This document shows positions 40,526-50,114 of a stretch of 64,000 bases of DNA, in pieces. Position 1 is the stretch's first letter, and each line of letters opens with the position of its first letter. Both the position numbers and the translations under genes were made by a program. The notes below the pieces were generated by a model that ran no database searches, was not told where the DNA came from, and saw only the letters and a list, made by a program, of their open reading frames with translations. This DNA comes from an uncultured bacterium (GTDB lineage: Bacteria > Bacteroidota > Rhodothermia > Rhodothermales > DASSAV01). Where the stretch lies: positions 76,047 through 140,046 of the forward strand of contig CBINFS010000003.1 of NCBI GenBank assembly GCA_966250015.1, written 5' to 3'.

Positions 40526-40555
40526 AATATACGGCCCTTGGAGGCGTGTTAGCAA
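40526..40555 (-). promoter_or_regulatory. Candidate sigma70-type promoter for the rimP-nusA-infB leader
   Basis: The minus strand reads TTGCTA-N18-TATATT (-35 at 40555-40550, -10 at 40531-40526). Both terminator-like hairpins would fall in the 5' leader. Confidence 0.3.
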
Positions 40556-40634
40556 ACAACTACCAGCTTATTTAAAACGCAAGCTAGATCCCAATGTTTC
40601 CAGGATTTGCACATAGCGAACCGCCTCCAGGCAC

Positions 40635-42227
40635 TCAAATGAGTGTGGGTCGCCGCTCCCACTCGACCGTCTCCGGGTAGTCGAGTGTATAATGCAGTCC
40701 CCTGCTCTCCCGTCGCATCTGCGCGCAACGGACGATCAGATAGGCAACGACGATGAGGTTTCTTAGTTCACACAACCCCACAGACACACGCGAGCGCTTG
40801 TAAAAATCCTCCGTTTCCTGATAGAGCAGGTACGTCCGGCGCGAGGCCCGCTCGAGCCGGAGGTTGGAGCGGACGATCCCCACGTAGTGCGACATAATGC
40901 TCTTCAACTCGTCGCGATTGTGCGAAACGAGAACCCATTCGTTGGGGATCTGCGTGCCGCTATCGTCCCAGTCCGGCACGTCATCTCGATAATTGGCCTC
41001 TTTTGCATAGGCGACGGACGCCTCGACCGCCCTCTTGGCAAACACCAGCGCTTCAAGTAGGGAGTTACTCGCTAGGCGATTCGCCCCATGCAGGCCGGTA
41101 TAGCTCACCTCACCGCACGCGAAGAGCCCGTTAATGCTCGTCCGAGCCAAGGAGTCCGTAACTACCCCTCCACACTGGTAATGCGCCGCCGGTACGACTG
41201 GTATGGGCTGTGTCGTGATGTCGATCCCGTACTTGAGGCACGTCTCGTATATGTTCGGGAAGTGGTTTTTAACCTCGTCGGCGGGTTTGTGGGAGATGTC
41301 GAGCAAAACGTACTCTTCCCCACGCTGCTTGAGCTGGTCGTCGATCGCCCTCGCAACGATGTCGCGTGGTGCGAGCTCGGCGCGCTCGTCGTAATTCAGC
41401 ATGAACCGGTCGCCTGCCTGATTGAATAGCAATCCGCCGGCTCCTCGTACGGCTTCTGATATCAAGAAGGAGTTGGCGTCCGGGTGATAAAGGGTGGTCG
41501 GATGGAACTGCATGAACTCCATGTTGGCAATCCTTCCTTTCGCCCGGTAAACCATTGCCACTCCATCGCCTGTAGCAATTTCGGGGTTCGTGGTGTGCTT
41601 GTAGACCTGCCCGCATCCCCCAGTGGCCAGCATGACGGCGCGTGCGAGAAACGTGTGGACCCTACCCGACTTTTCATCCAGTACGTATGCGCCGAAACAG
41701 TGAATGTCGGGACGCAGCCGCGTGACCGTCTGCCCCAGGTGGTGCTCCGTTATGAGATCGATCGTAAAGTGATGATCGAACAGCTGGACGTTTGGGTGTT
41801 CGCGGACACGGCTTAACAACGCCCGTTCGATCTCACGACCCGTTATGTCGGCGGCGTGGACGACCCGGTTCGCCGAATGCCCCCCTTCCCTGCCCAGATG
41901 CAGATGGTCGTCCTCAAGAGTGAATTCGGCACCGAGCTTGATCAGCTCACGTATCCGTTCCGGTCCTTCTCGAACTACGATCTCGACGATCTCCGGGTCA
42001 CAGATGCCAGCCCCGGCAATGAGGGTATCTCGAACGTGGCTTTCGTACGAATCGTGGGCATCCATCACGGCGGCGATGCCACCCTGCGCATAATTCGTAT
42101 TGGATTCAGCGGGAGCTTTTTTGGTGACGACTGCTACCGAGCCATAATCCGCCACCTTGAGCGCATAAGACAACCCGGCGGCGCCGCTGCCGATGACGAG
42201 GAAATCAAACTTGTATCGTTCAGACAT
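40635..42227 (-). CDS. nadB: L-aspartate oxidase
   Basis: FAD-binding FDFLVIGSGAAGLS, NYAQGGIAA, and the fumarate reductase/succinate dehydrogenase flavoprotein fold. 530 aa. Confidence 0.95.
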   Translation of the reverse strand: MSERYKFDFLVIGSGAAGLSYALKVADYGSVAVVTKKAPAESNTNYAQGGIAAVMDAHDSYESHVRDTLIAGAGICDPEIVEIVVREGPERIRELIKLGAEFTLEDDHLHLGREGGHSANRVVHAADITGREIERALLSRVREHPNVQLFDHHFTIDLITEHHLGQTVTRLRPDIHCFGAYVLDEKSGRVHTFLARAVMLATGGCGQVYKHTTNPEIATGDGVAMVYRAKGRIANMEFMQFHPTTLYHPDANSFLISEAVRGAGGLLFNQAGDRFMLNYDERAELAPRDIVARAIDDQLKQRGEEYVLLDISHKPADEVKNHFPNIYETCLKYGIDITTQPIPVVPAAHYQCGGVVTDSLARTSINGLFACGEVSYTGLHGANRLASNSLLEALVFAKRAVEASVAYAKEANYRDDVPDWDDSGTQIPNEWVLVSHNRDELKSIMSHYVGIVRSNLRLERASRRTYLLYQETEDFYKRSRVSVGLCELRNLIVVAYLIVRCAQMRRESRGLHYTLDYPETVEWERRPTLI

Positions 42228-42270
42228 AAAACCAATGGAGACGGCATGGAGCCGTCTCCAACCGTTCTAA

Positions 42271-43396
42271 TTAACTGTTTTCTGTTCCGGCCTGTTCGAG
42301 AAGAAACGCTTTGATGAAAGGTTCGAGCTCCCCTTCCATGACGCCGTGCACGTCGGTAACCTTTGTTTCCGTCCGATGGTCGTTGACCATCGTATAGGGC
42401 TGAAAGACGTAGGACCGAATCTGGCTTCCCCACTCGATCTTTTTCTTCGAGCCCTCCAGCTCGTTCTTGGCGGCTTCCTGAATTTCGCGTTCGAGCTGAT
42501 AGATCCGGCTCTTGACCATGGTCATGGCCCGTTCGCGGTTCTGGAGCTGGCTTCTCTCTTCGGTACATTCAGCGACAACCCGGGCCGGCTCGCCGTTGGA
42601 CAGCGTACCCGTCCAGATCAGGCGGACGCCGGTTTCGACCTTGTTCACGTTCTGCCCGCCCTTTCCACCTGACCTGAACGTTTGGAGTTCGATCTGATCC
42701 GGCGTGATTTCGACGTCGATCTCGTCGTCGATCTCGGGGTAGACGAATACGCTGGTAAAAGACGTGTGCCTACGACCACTCGAGTCGTATGGAGAGATTC
42801 GTACGAGCCTGTGCACACCGGATTCCCCTTTGAGGTATCCGTAGGCGTACGGCCCCGAAAACTCGAGCGAAGCGCTCTTGATGCCGGCGACTTCACCCGG
42901 TTGATATTCGAGGAGATGTACGTCGAATCCGTTCTTTTCTCCCCACCGGGTGTACATTCTGAGCAGCATCTCCGCCCAGTCCTGGCTCTCGGTGCCTCCC
43001 GCTCCGGGATGAATGACGAGGATGGCGTCCCGGTGGTCGTCGGGCCCACTCAGCATACTCCTGAGCTCGAGCGCATCAACGAGCCGTTTCAACTGTTCCG
43101 CTTCCGCCCGAATCTCTCCTTCGAGGCTCTCATCGTTCTCTTCCTCGGCGAGGAGGCGAAGCGTTTCGACGTCCTCTGCCTTTCGTTTCAGCTCGTACCA
43201 CGATTCGAGCCATTCATTTTCGGCAGCAATCTTTTTCTCGACTTCCCGCGCCTGTTCGGGGTTGTTCCAGAAATCAGGATCCAACCGCTTTTCGCTCAAC
43301 TCGGCAACGATCTGTTCACGTTTTTCGACGTCAAAGATAGTCTCCGAGCGTGTGCGCACGCTCCAACAATTGATCTATGTCGATCGATTCTTCCAT
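42271..43396 (-). CDS. prfB: Peptide chain release factor 2, with a +1 programmed frameshift
   Basis: ORF0 is ATG 43396..CTT 43334 (MEESIDIDQLLERAHTLGDYL), then an in-frame TGA at 43333-43331. The +1 frame continues DVEKREQ.. as track ORF 42271..43359. GGQ is present (SGGKGGQNVNK); the tripeptide reads SPY. Confidence 0.95.
43330..43348 (-). other. RF2 autoregulatory +1 frameshift site
   Basis: The minus strand reads CTC GGA GAC TAT CTT TGA C. This gives an SD-like GGAG, the slippery CTT, and an in-frame TGA followed by C, as in E. coli prfB (TAT CTT TGA C). Confidence 0.9.
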
Positions 43397-43456
43397 ACAG
43401 TTCAGAACTCCTTCTCAATCCGCAGTTTTTTCGAACGCACCGGTATAACGAAACAA

Positions 43457-43519
43457 CACACAAAAAGTGCTGGCAGGTGGTTGCGTCTCAAAACGAATTG
43501 CGGTTTCGCCTGCCAGCAC
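43457..43519 (-). terminator. Rho-independent terminator after the aminotransferase gene
   Basis: An 11-bp stem GTGCTGGCAGG (43467-77) pairs with CCTGCCAGCAC (43509-19). On the minus strand it is followed by TTTTTGTGTGTTGTTT. Confidence 0.75.
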
Positions 43520-43557
43520 GTGTGCCGCACAATTTCGGCAAGCGGCCGATAATTTGC

Positions 43558-44778
43558 TTACCTGGTTTGCCCGTTAAGCGCCTGGTATTTTCGTGAAAAC
43601 CGAATGATGCGCTCTATTGCCCGAAGCAAGTCTTCTTTTTCGGCAGTGTACGAACAGCGGACGTAGCCCTCGCCACTGGGTCCAAACGCATTGCCCGGTA
43701 CACAGGCCACGTGCTCTTCCCTCAACAGTCGTTCGGCAAACCCTTCGGACGTAAGCCCGGTCGATCGGACGTCCGGAAAGCAATAAAAGGCGCCCTCCGG
43801 CTCAACCGTCTCGAGGCCGGCCGCACGGAGCCCGTCAACGAGCAGCCGACGGCGCTCGTCGTACGAACGACGCATCCGTTCGACGTCGTCCTGTGCCTCA
43901 CGGATGGCGGTGGCCGCTCCGATCTGCGCCATCGTCGGCGCGCTCATCACGATGTATTGGTGGGCCCGATACATCGCCTGGGCGAGCTCCGCCGGCGCGC
44001 ACGCATAGCCGATCCGCCATCCAGTCATCGCAAAGGTCTTGGAGAAGCCCCCGATCAAGATCGTGCGTTCTCGGAGTGCTTCGTGTGCCGGGACGCAGGT
44101 GTGGCCACCTTCGAGTGCCGTGTCGTATATGAGCCGGTCGTAGATCTCGTCCGATATCACGATCAAATCGTGTTCAACAACGACGCGTGCAATTTCGTTG
44201 AGCCTGTCCCGATGAAGCACGGCGCCTGTCGGGTTGCTAGGATACCCGATGAACAGGACCTTTGACCGCGGGGTGATTCGCGCTTCGATGTCACTCGCCG
44301 TAACGACGAAATTGTTTTCAGCATACGTTGGGACGTAAACCACCTCGGCGCCCGCCATCCTGGCCGTAGGCCCGTACGAAACAAAGCAGGGCTCGGGTAT
44401 GAGAATCTCGTCGCCGGGATCGAGTGTGGCCAGCATGGCGAGCAACATGGCTTCACTCACCCCGACGGTTATGATGATCTCGTTCGACGGGTCATACGTA
44501 ACGTTATACCGCTCCTCGTAATCCCGGGCAATCAGGGCACGTAGCTCGGGAAGACCGGCGTTCGCCGTATAACCCGTTTTCCCTTCGCGCAGCGACTCGA
44601 TGACCGCTTCGACGATCGGCTGAGGTGAAACGAAGTCCGGCTCACCGATCCCGAGCGAGATCACGTCCTCCATGGTAGACGCAATCTCAAAAAAGCGGCG
44701 TATCCCGCTCGGCGGAATCGACTGCATCCGGCGCGACACCTTTGAGCCAAGATCTATATCAGACGCATCAACCTGCAT
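43558..44778 (-). CDS. Class I/II pyridoxal-phosphate-dependent aminotransferase (aspartate/aromatic type)
   Basis: GEPDF, PSNPTG, and the PLP-lysine context GFSKTFAMTGWRIGY. ATG 44778 is preferred over TTG 44799. Confidence 0.9.
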   Translation of the reverse strand: MQVDASDIDLGSKVSRRMQSIPPSGIRRFFEIASTMEDVISLGIGEPDFVSPQPIVEAVIESLREGKTGYTANAGLPELRALIARDYEERYNVTYDPSNEIIITVGVSEAMLLAMLATLDPGDEILIPEPCFVSYGPTARMAGAEVVYVPTYAENNFVVTASDIEARITPRSKVLFIGYPSNPTGAVLHRDRLNEIARVVVEHDLIVISDEIYDRLIYDTALEGGHTCVPAHEALRERTILIGGFSKTFAMTGWRIGYACAPAELAQAMYRAHQYIVMSAPTMAQIGAATAIREAQDDVERMRRSYDERRRLLVDGLRAAGLETVEPEGAFYCFPDVRSTGLTSEGFAERLLREEHVACVPGNAFGPSGEGYVRCSYTAEKEDLLRAIERIIRFSRKYQALNGQTR

Positions 44779-44984
44779 ATTTTTTTCTACTTGAACCAAA
44801 TTCAGAACATTCCAACCGGAATCAAAGGAATCTCTAACAGGTAACGCATCGGTCAGATCCCGAAGCGAATAAATCGGCAGATGATGTAACAGCCTGTATA
44901 CGCCGGTAGCATTTGAGTGAAGGAACCTCTACGATTGCGGTATAGCCATTTCTGAGCGAATTCAAGGCAATCAACTCCTACCCT

Positions 44985-46469
44985 ATGGCAGAGCAATTTT
45001 TCAATTATGTAGGCGGCCAGTGGAAGCCTTCGGAGTCTGGACGAACGTTCGAAGACATCAACCCTGCGAGGACAACGGACGTGATCGGGACCTTCCCGGA
45101 GTCAACAGCGAAGGACGTCGATGAGGCGGTCGTCGCTGCCCAGTCCGCGTTCAAGTCCTGGTCGAGCCTTCCAGCCCCAAGGCGCGGAGAGATCCTGCGC
45201 AAACTCGGTGATCTTCTTACTGAGCGTAAGGATGAGATTGCGTTCGAGATGACGCGTGAGATGGGTAAACCGTTCAAGGAAACCCGTGGGGACGTCCAGG
45301 AGGCAATCGACACGGCCTACTATGCGGCTTCCGAAACGCGTCGTCTTTTCGGCCACACCGTCCCGAGCGAGCTGCCGGACAAATTCAACATGACCGTACG
45401 CCGCCCTATCGGGGTGTGCGGCATCATTACCGCGTGGAACTTCCCGGTGGCCGTGCCAAGCTGGAAAATTATCCCCGCACTCGCGTCCGGAAATACGATT
45501 GTTTTCAAACCAAGCGAAGAGGCGCCCTACAGTGGATTGCTTTTCGTCCAGGCGATGCTGGACGCCGGCGCCCCGGGGGGTGTCGTCAACCTCGTATGCG
45601 GGGGTGGTGAAGCGGGTTCGGCGCTCGTTTCCCACCCGGACGTCCAGGTGATCTCCTTCACCGGGTCAACTGAAACCGGAGCGAAGATCGGAGCCGTCTG
45701 TGGCAGTATGCACAAGCGGTTTTCGATGGAAATGGGGGGCAAAAACCCGATGATCGTGATGGACGACGCCGACCTCGACCTGGCTCTCGAAGGGATACTG
45801 TGGGGCGCATTCGGAACGACGGGCCAGCGATGTACGGCGACGAGCCGTCTCATCCTGCACGAGAAAATCCACGACACGCTGGTATCGCGCCTCGCCGAAG
45901 CTGCTTCGAAGCTCAAGCTGGGTTACGGGAATGACGAAGGGGTCGACGTGGGACCGCTCATCAACCAGAAGGCAATGGAAAAAGTTGTCCATTACGTCGA
46001 AATTGGCAAATCCGAAGGTGCCGAGCTCGTGCTTGGAGGAAAGCGTGCGACAGGTGCCGGGTTGGATCAGGGCTTTTTCTTCGAGCCCACCCTGTTTATT
46101 GGGGTCAAGCCGGAAATGCGCATTGCGAAGGAAGAGATATTTGGCCCGGTCCTCTCGATATTTCGTGTCGCTTCCTATGAGGAGGCTATAGCAATCGCAA
46201 ACGGGACTCGCTACGGCCTCTCTTCGAGCATCTACACCCGCGACGTTAACGTGGCCTTCCGGGCAATGCGAGACCTCGAAACCGGCATCACGTACATCAA
46301 CAGCCCCACCATTGGAGCCGAGGCGCACCTGCCTTTTGGTGGAGTCAAGCAAACGGGCAACGGCCACCGGGAAGGTGGCTGGGAGGTGTTCGACTTTTAC
46401 ACGGAAACGCAGACGATCTACGTTGACTTCTCCGGCCGCCTCCAGAGGGCGCAGATCGACATTTCTTAG
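44985..46469 (+). CDS. NAD(P)-dependent aldehyde dehydrogenase
   Basis: FTGSTETG, catalytic Glu in MEMGGKNP and Cys in GQRCTA, EEIFGPV. Confidence 0.93.
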   Translation: MAEQFFNYVGGQWKPSESGRTFEDINPARTTDVIGTFPESTAKDVDEAVVAAQSAFKSWSSLPAPRRGEILRKLGDLLTERKDEIAFEMTREMGKPFKETRGDVQEAIDTAYYAASETRRLFGHTVPSELPDKFNMTVRRPIGVCGIITAWNFPVAVPSWKIIPALASGNTIVFKPSEEAPYSGLLFVQAMLDAGAPGGVVNLVCGGGEAGSALVSHPDVQVISFTGSTETGAKIGAVCGSMHKRFSMEMGGKNPMIVMDDADLDLALEGILWGAFGTTGQRCTATSRLILHEKIHDTLVSRLAEAASKLKLGYGNDEGVDVGPLINQKAMEKVVHYVEIGKSEGAELVLGGKRATGAGLDQGFFFEPTLFIGVKPEMRIAKEEIFGPVLSIFRVASYEEAIAIANGTRYGLSSSIYTRDVNVAFRAMRDLETGITYINSPTIGAEAHLPFGGVKQTGNGHREGGWEVFDFYTETQTIYVDFSGRLQRAQIDIS

Positions 46470-46477
46470 CATTACAC

Positions 46478-46515
46478 AAAAAAAGAGGGGCGCCCTGGTT
46501 GGAACGCCCCTCTTT
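46478..46515. terminator. Bidirectional rho-independent terminator between the convergent ALDH and rpsA genes
   Basis: A7, then AGAGGGGCG (46484-92) pairing with CGCCCCTCT (46505-13), then TTT. Confidence 0.75.
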
Positions 46516-46538
46516 CGGTCTATCGGGAGTTGAGAGGA

Positions 46539-49118
46539 TTATTCCTCAGCTTTCTTCGTCACGTCCTCGGCGTCCTCTTTCGATTCTGCTTCGGCCTTGG
46601 CTGAGGACTTCCCTGCCTTTTTCGGTTTTGCCACGTCCTCTTTGGACTCAGCAGGAGCCTCCTCGGGAGACTCGCTGGTTTCCACTGTGGCTACCGGTTT
46701 TGCGCCGGAGCCTTTCGAAGGCGTCTTGTCTTCGACAACCTCTTCTGTAGCTTCGGCCATCTCTTCCTTCTCCACCTTTCCGGTGCCTTTCACGGCGGCT
46801 TTGGACTTCTCCGAGGAAGCCTCGCTACCCGCATCTTCAGAGGGCTCTTTGCGCTTTGCAGGAGGCTCTTTCGGGGACTCACTCGAAGTCGCGCTCTCTT
46901 CCGGTCGTTTGCCGGATGCGGCCTTGCTGCCAACACTGGGAGTCTCCTCGACGTCTCCGGAAGCCGCGGGCGTGGCCACGACCTTGCTTTCCTCGGCCTG
47001 CGTGGAACGCTCGGCAGCTTCCATCTGCTCCTTCAGGTCCGCGAGGCCCGCCAGCTCACCAAAGGTCGTCGGACCTGTGGTCGCACGTTCGGTATACTGG
47101 CTGATTTCCTTCCGTTCGCGTTCGCGTTCCAGCCGCCGCTCGCGCTGTTCTTCTTCCTTCTTGGCACGCTCTTCGGCGCGGAACTTCGCCGTTTCGCTGA
47201 GGATGATCTCTTTGTTGTTCGCGTCGAACCGAATGACACGCAGCTCTAGGCGGTCACCGATCCGATACGAATCCTGGAAGTGCTGGCTGTTTTTCAGCTC
47301 GTTCGAAGGCACGAAGGCTTCGACGTCGAGCGGCAGGTCAACGACAAGGCCCTTGTCCTCGATCCGCGCGATCGTCGCTTCCGTATCGTTCCCTTCAGCA
47401 TACAGCTTGGCGAATTGATTCCAGGGGTTCGTTTCCACCTGCTTGTGGCCGAGAGAAATGCGGCGCTCCTTCTCGTCGACGTTGAGAATGACGACGTCCA
47501 GCTCCTGACCTTTCTTCACGATCTCGCTTGGGTGGCGAATCCGTTTCGTCCATGAAAGATCGCTGATGTGGACGAGGCCGTCGATACCGGGCTCGATCTC
47601 AACGAAAACGCCGAAGTTGGTGATGTTACGCACCTTGCCCCTGAGTACCGTTCCGGCCGGGTAACGTTCGGCGATACCCTGCCACGGATCCGGCTGGAGC
47701 TGCTTCATGCCGAGTGAGATCTTCTTGCCCTCGTGGTCGATGTTGAGGATCTTGACGTTCACCAATTGCCCGAGGGCAACCATCTGGCTGGGATGACGGA
47801 TGTGTTCCGTCCAGCTCATTTCTGAAATGTGAACCAGGCCCTCGATCCCCTTCTCGAGCTCGACGAATGCACCGTAGTCGGTGATCGAAACGACTTTGCC
47901 TTCGACCACGTCGCCTTCGTTGTACTTCTCGCCGATGTTTTCCCACGGATGCGACTGAAGCTGCTTGAGGCCGAGCGAAATGCGCTGGCGCTCCTTGTCG
48001 TAGTCGAGCACGACCACGTTGAGCTTCTGATCGAGGGAAACCAGCTCGGACGGATGCGATACGCGTCCCCAGGAAAGGTCCGTGATGTGAAGCAACCCGT
48101 CTACGCCGCCCAGGTCGATGAACACACCGAAGTCGGTGATATTCTTGACGGTGCCTTCGAGCACCTGTCCGGGCTCCATGGTCGACAGGATCTTCTTCCG
48201 CTGCGCTTCGAGCTCTTTCTCGATGAGCGCCTTGTGCGAGACGACGATGTTCTCGTTGGCCTCGTTGAGCTTGACGATCTTGAACTCCATCCGCTTGTCG
48301 AGGTACGCATCGAAGTCACGGACGGGGCGAACGTCAATCTGGGAGCCCGGCAGGAATGCCTCCATGCCGTCGAAGAGCTCGACGATCATGCCGCCCTTGA
48401 TTCGGCGAACGATCGTACCTTCGAGCACCTGCTCCTGCTCGTACGCATCGACGATCCGCTGCCAGCGACGTACGGTATCCGCTTTGGACTTGGAGAGGAC
48501 GAGCTGCCCTTGATAGTCCTCGATACGCTCGAGGAAGACTTCTACCTCGTCGCCAGGTTTGAGCTCACGGTCGAACTCGTTTTTGGGAACGATGCCGTCG
48601 CTTTTAAAGCCGATGTCGATCACGACATCCTTTTCACCTACGCTGACCACCCGGCCTTTTACTATTTCATTGGCCGTTACGTCGGTGAGCGTCTGTTCGA
48701 CGAGGTTCCGGAACTGGTTTAAGGAGCTGTCTACCTCCTCTTCCTGCATGTGTTCGAGCTCCTCGAGGCTGTACACTCGGCCAATGATTTCGCCGGTGAA
48801 GCCAATGCTACCAGTAGGTACGAGCTCTTCCGGGCCCGACACTGAGGTCGGCTCGTCTGCCTGAGTGTCCGATTCGACCACCGGTGTCTCCACTTCCTGA
48901 TCTGGAACGGCTTCGGATACTTCCTGCTCCGTCGATTCCGGCGCCTCAGTCGATGCCTCAACCGGCACGTCCTGAACGGTTTCTTCCGGTGCATCTGGCG
49001 GCGTGGCCGCTTCTTCAGCCTCAGTTACGGCTTCGTTTTCGACCTGAGGTTCAACTACCGGCTCTTCGGTTTCGATGTTATCCGCTGGGTTGTTGGGGTT
49101 CTGCTGATTTTCAGCCAT
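46539..49118 (-). CDS. rpsA: 30S ribosomal protein S1 with long acidic N-terminal and E/K/A/S-rich C-terminal extensions
   Basis: Six S1 (OB) repeats, e.g. VEGKVVSITDYGAFVEL and LRGKVRNITNFGVFVEI. Length is 859 aa against about 557 aa in E. coli. cmk-rpsA synteny. Confidence 0.95.
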   Translation of the reverse strand: MAENQQNPNNPADNIETEEPVVEPQVENEAVTEAEEAATPPDAPEETVQDVPVEASTEAPESTEQEVSEAVPDQEVETPVVESDTQADEPTSVSGPEELVPTGSIGFTGEIIGRVYSLEELEHMQEEEVDSSLNQFRNLVEQTLTDVTANEIVKGRVVSVGEKDVVIDIGFKSDGIVPKNEFDRELKPGDEVEVFLERIEDYQGQLVLSKSKADTVRRWQRIVDAYEQEQVLEGTIVRRIKGGMIVELFDGMEAFLPGSQIDVRPVRDFDAYLDKRMEFKIVKLNEANENIVVSHKALIEKELEAQRKKILSTMEPGQVLEGTVKNITDFGVFIDLGGVDGLLHITDLSWGRVSHPSELVSLDQKLNVVVLDYDKERQRISLGLKQLQSHPWENIGEKYNEGDVVEGKVVSITDYGAFVELEKGIEGLVHISEMSWTEHIRHPSQMVALGQLVNVKILNIDHEGKKISLGMKQLQPDPWQGIAERYPAGTVLRGKVRNITNFGVFVEIEPGIDGLVHISDLSWTKRIRHPSEIVKKGQELDVVILNVDEKERRISLGHKQVETNPWNQFAKLYAEGNDTEATIARIEDKGLVVDLPLDVEAFVPSNELKNSQHFQDSYRIGDRLELRVIRFDANNKEIILSETAKFRAEERAKKEEEQRERRLERERERKEISQYTERATTGPTTFGELAGLADLKEQMEAAERSTQAEESKVVATPAASGDVEETPSVGSKAASGKRPEESATSSESPKEPPAKRKEPSEDAGSEASSEKSKAAVKGTGKVEKEEMAEATEEVVEDKTPSKGSGAKPVATVETSESPEEAPAESKEDVAKPKKAGKSSAKAEAESKEDAEDVTKKAEE

Positions 49119-49314
49119 ACTTTTCTCCGGGCATGCCGCAGGTGTCGAGTTGGGTTTTCAAGGTATGCGACCTTGCCCTTGTGTTGTTTTGTCTGCTCCT
49201 TCCCTCCCTTGAAAAGAGAATGTGCAGGTTTAGGGTTAAACGTTTAGTGAATGTTTACTGCTTACGTCTATGCACCGTTACGGACCAGTTAGGACTGTGA
49301 CGGTATAGTTGTTT

Positions 49315-49998
49315 TCAAACGGAAAAACGCCCTTTGCGTTCCTTTACTTTTTCGATTACGAAGTCAACCTGTTCACCGATGCTGCGCTTCGTCGTATCCA
49401 GGTCAATGGCGTCTTCGGCTCGGCGCAAGGGTGATAGTTCACGCTCGCTATCTTGCCGATCGCGCTCCACGATTTCCTGCAAAATGGTTTCATACGGCAG
49501 TACCTTCCCCGCCGCTTCCAACTGCTCCTGCCGTCTTCGCGCGCGAATGGCCGGGTCGGCCACCATGAAGATCTTGACGTCGGCGTCGGGGAAAACGACC
49601 GTTCCGATGTCCCGACCTTCGACAACGACGCCTCCACCCTGCCGCAAGTACTCCCGGGCAATACGCCGCTGCTCTGCAACCAGCTTCTCTCTCACAGCCT
49701 TGTACGCGCTTATCCGGCTCGAAAGGGCGCCGACCTCAGGTGTCCGAATCGAATCGGTCACGTCTTCCCCATTAACCAGCACCCTAATGCCGTCAGGCTC
49801 ATGCCGGAAAGCAAGCTGCAAACCCTCCAATCGCTCCCGCACCACCGACTCATCCTCGATGGGCGAATCGGCCAGCGCATAGGCTACTGCCCTGTACATT
49901 GCGCCCGTATCGAGGTAATGATACCCCAGCCTTTCCGCCACAAGGCGAGCCGTCGTGCTCTTCCCTGAGCCGGCCGGACCATCGATTGCTACAATCAC
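49315..49998 (-). CDS. cmk: Cytidylate kinase
   Basis: VIVAIDGPAGSGKST P-loop, LDTGAMYR. The start is uncertain. GTG 49998 gives a canonical N-terminus; ATG 50073 and the track start 50118 add an atypical hydrophobic extension. Confidence 0.9.
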   Translation of the reverse strand: MIVAIDGPAGSGKSTTARLVAERLGYHYLDTGAMYRAVAYALADSPIEDESVVRERLEGLQLAFRHEPDGIRVLVNGEDVTDSIRTPEVGALSSRISAYKAVREKLVAEQRRIAREYLRQGGGVVVEGRDIGTVVFPDADVKIFMVADPAIRARRRQEQLEAAGKVLPYETILQEIVERDRQDSERELSPLRRAEDAIDLDTTKRSIGEQVDFVIEKVKERKGRFSV

Positions 49999-50114
49999 GG
50001 GCGACAGTGTACAATTACGAACTAAACACGAGCCGAGAAAAATAGCAACTACACGATCTTGAAACAAGATCATGAAAACTAAGCCGTAATGAAGGTACCG
50101 ACGTTCCGGAGCCG

